A stretch of 64,000 bases of DNA from an uncultured delta proteobacterium (lineage in GTDB: Bacteria; Myxococcota_A; Polyangia; Polyangiales; Polyangiaceae). The stretch is taken from positions 768,001 to 832,000 of the forward strand of contig CAVOKF010000004.1 in the NCBI GenBank assembly GCA_963696385.1, written 5' to 3'. Within the stretch, counting starts at the first letter, position 1. The number at the start of each line of letters is the position of its first letter. The position numbers and the translations under genes are program-made. This document shows, piece by piece, positions 62,057 through 64,000 of this stretch. The notes under the pieces were generated by a model. It was not told where the DNA came from, searched no databases, and saw nothing but the letters and a program-made list of their open reading frames with translations.

Positions 62057-62212
62057 GTCGTCCTCGGTGTCCATCCGTTTTGTCGCCGCATGCGCGAGTA
62101 AAAAGGGGGCGGCACCGACTGCGAGAATTGCATCACGGCCTCTTGCGAAGCAATGCCGCAATGATTCTCCTTCGCGTCGCGGGGCCAACTCCCCGGACAC
62201 GGGATTAAGGCC

Positions 62213-63362
62213 ATGCCGACCGAGGGCGCGATGCCGAGGCGTAATGTCCGTTCCAAGAGGCTCATCTTCTCTGCGCTGCTGGGGTTCTCGGCCGTTGTCG
62301 CGTGTCGATCGCCACCGCCGTCGCCTACATCGAGCGCGGAGCCGCGGTTGCCGTCCTTGGCGACGTCGCCCCCTTCTTCTCTCAGTTCGGACGCGCGAAC
62401 AGAGGATGAGCGGAACACCATTTCCGTCTTTCGGGCCGTGGCGCCGAGCACCGTGTTCGTGACCCAGACGCGCATCGTGGTCGACTTCCTCGGAGATGAA
62501 CAAGAGGTTGCCGCCGGGAGCGGCTCTGGATTCGTTTGGGACGAAACCGGGCATATCGTGACGAACTACCATGTTGTCCAGGGGGCGCGCGCGCTCCGAG
62601 CGACGTTCCAGGATCAAAAGACGTTCGACGCCAGACTGGTCGGCGTCGAGCCCCGAAAGGACATCGCGGTGCTCAAGGTGGACGCCCCACGCGAGCTTCT
62701 TAAACCGGTAACGGTCGCGCAGCACGCGAACCTCGATGTCGGGCAGAAGGCGATCGCCATCGGCAACCCGTTCGGTCTCGATCACACACTTACGACGGGC
62801 GTGATCAGCGCTCTCGGTCGTCAGGTCCACGGTGTCGGCGGTGTCACGATTCGCGACATGATTCAGACGGACGCTGCCATCAATCCGGGCAACAGCGGCG
62901 GTCCGCTCCTGGATTCGTCGGGAACCCTCATCGGGATGAACACGATGATTTTCAGCAAAACTGGAGCCTATGCGGGCATTGGGTTTGCCGTGCCGGCAAC
63001 GACCATCGGTCGCATCGTGCCGCAGATCATCGCCAAGGGGCACGCCGAGCAGCTTGGGTTCGACATTCGAAATCGATCCGCTCGGGAGGCTCGAACGCCG
63101 GTTTGGCATTCGCGGCGTCGCGGTCCTGGCGGTTCCGCCCGAGGGAGCCGCGGCGCGCGCTGGGATGCGGGGCATCCAGCAGACGGCAGACGGGCTCCTT
63201 CTCGGCGACGTGATTGCGGGCGTCGACGATCAAAAGGTCCAAGACTTTGACGACCTGTACAACGCGCTCGATCAGCACCGTGCGGGTGACACCGTGAATG
63301 TCCGGCTGCGGCGGCAGGGTGAGATGCTCTCTCTCCCGATGCAGGTCGCCGTAGTGCAGTAA
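62213..63362 (+). CDS. htrA: HtrA/DegP-like serine protease with PDZ (frameshift at 63066-63067)
   Basis: [36 protein letters not shown] in next frame; removing one T restores GFDIEIDP. Confidence 0.88.
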
Positions 63363-63410
63363 GGCGCGAGGGATGGGTACGAGGGTCCGGCCAGCGACGC
63401 TGGCGTGAGG

Positions 63411-63447
63411 CTGGCACTCTTGACACCAAAGTGCTTGTGATTAGGTT
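63411..63447 (+). promoter_or_regulatory. CIRCE-like HrcA operator overlapping a sigma70 promoter
   Basis: CTGGCACTC-TTGACACCA-AAGTGCTTG (consensus TTAGCACTC-N9-GAGTGCTAA), TTGACA in the spacer, TAGGTT 16 bp later; upstream of hsp20. Confidence 0.7.
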
Positions 63448-63511
63448 CCCCTTCACTGAAGTTCTGGCAAAAGCGGTGTCCATTCGGACACTTGGTCATA
63501 GGAGGTCTACC

Positions 63512-63970
63512 ATGCTCGTAAGACGGGTCTGGCCCTCACGGCCGACGTTCGACAGCCCATTGGCCGACTTCGACAGCGTACGGCGCGAAATGCTCCGCCT
63601 GCTCGATTCGGCCTCTGGCGACACGTTCGGCGACGAGGGCGCGGGGGTGTTTCCCCCAATGAACATCACCCAGGACAACGACAACTTCTACGTGCGTGCG
63701 GAAGTTCCCGGCATCAAGCCCGCCGAACTGTCCATTTCCGCGATTCGGAACCGCGTGTCTCTTGCTGGGAAGCGGGAGATCCAGCGCGAGCACGAGCGCG
63801 TCAGCTACCACCGCAAGGAGCGCGCCGAAGGATCCTTCAACCGCACGGTGACGCTACCTACCGAGATCAATGCGGACAAGGTCGACGCCCAGTACGCCGA
63901 CGGCATTCTCACTCTCACACTGCCAAAGGCCGAGGAAACGAAGCCGCGGCAGATCAAGGTGCGCGCATGA
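63512..63970 (+). CDS. Hsp20/alpha-crystallin small heat-shock protein
   Basis: AGGAGG RBS; FPPMNI, AEVPG, ER..GSF.R...LP, DGILTLTLPK, KPRQI. Confidence 0.95.
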   Translation: MLVRRVWPSRPTFDSPLADFDSVRREMLRLLDSASGDTFGDEGAGVFPPMNITQDNDNFYVRAEVPGIKPAELSISAIRNRVSLAGKREIQREHERVSYHRKERAEGSFNRTVTLPTEINADKVDAQYADGILTLTLPKAEETKPRQIKVRA

Positions 63971-64000
63971 CTACGCCCCATGCACAGGAGGAAACCGCCA
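63967..64000 (+). CDS. Start of next gene (possibly a second Hsp20), 3' partial
   Basis: ATGA overlap with hsp20 stop; only 11 codons visible. Confidence 0.3.
   Translation, partial: MTTPHAQEETA

Noticed and set aside
583..63811. Many long antisense or alternate-frame ORFs (e.g. 14804..16642, 24541..26415, 27442..29826, 47309..48991)
   Set aside because: Arg/Pro-rich shadows of real genes, expected in high-GC DNA

Overview
GC-rich bacterial DNA, most likely Myxococcota (Polyangiaceae-like). This is inferred from the DUF1592/DUF1552 pair, a TonB_C-fused TonB-dependent receptor, a MYXO-CTERM-like protein, a Ser/Thr kinase and many lipoproteins with DAG/DGG-rich linkers. The first ~31 kb is a metal-homeostasis region with a dispersed CzcCBA-type RND system (1 TolC, 3 adaptors, 2 CzcA/CusA pumps, a P-II-like protein), a P1B ATPase with a non-canonical metal motif, ArsR/SmtB, Fur-family and OmpR-family regulators, and a TonB receptor plus two-lipoprotein operon behind a Zur/Fur-like palindrome. 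The apparently intergenic DNA holds decayed 'ghost' copies of czcA, the response regulator with its sigma54 promoter, czcC and the P-II-like gene, recording repeated duplication of the locus. The rest encodes an MCP, porins, cardiolipin synthase, a metallophosphoesterase, a kinase, a diguanylate cyclase, DUF1592/1552, CopA, HugZ, SelO, HtrA and Hsp20 (with a CIRCE element). There is also a CTAG-bounded 100-bp MITE-like hairpin and a two-copy structured repeat. Five genes have single-base frameshifts at short homopolymers, probably sequencing errors. No rRNA, tRNA or CRISPR array was seen. All alignments were done by eye.
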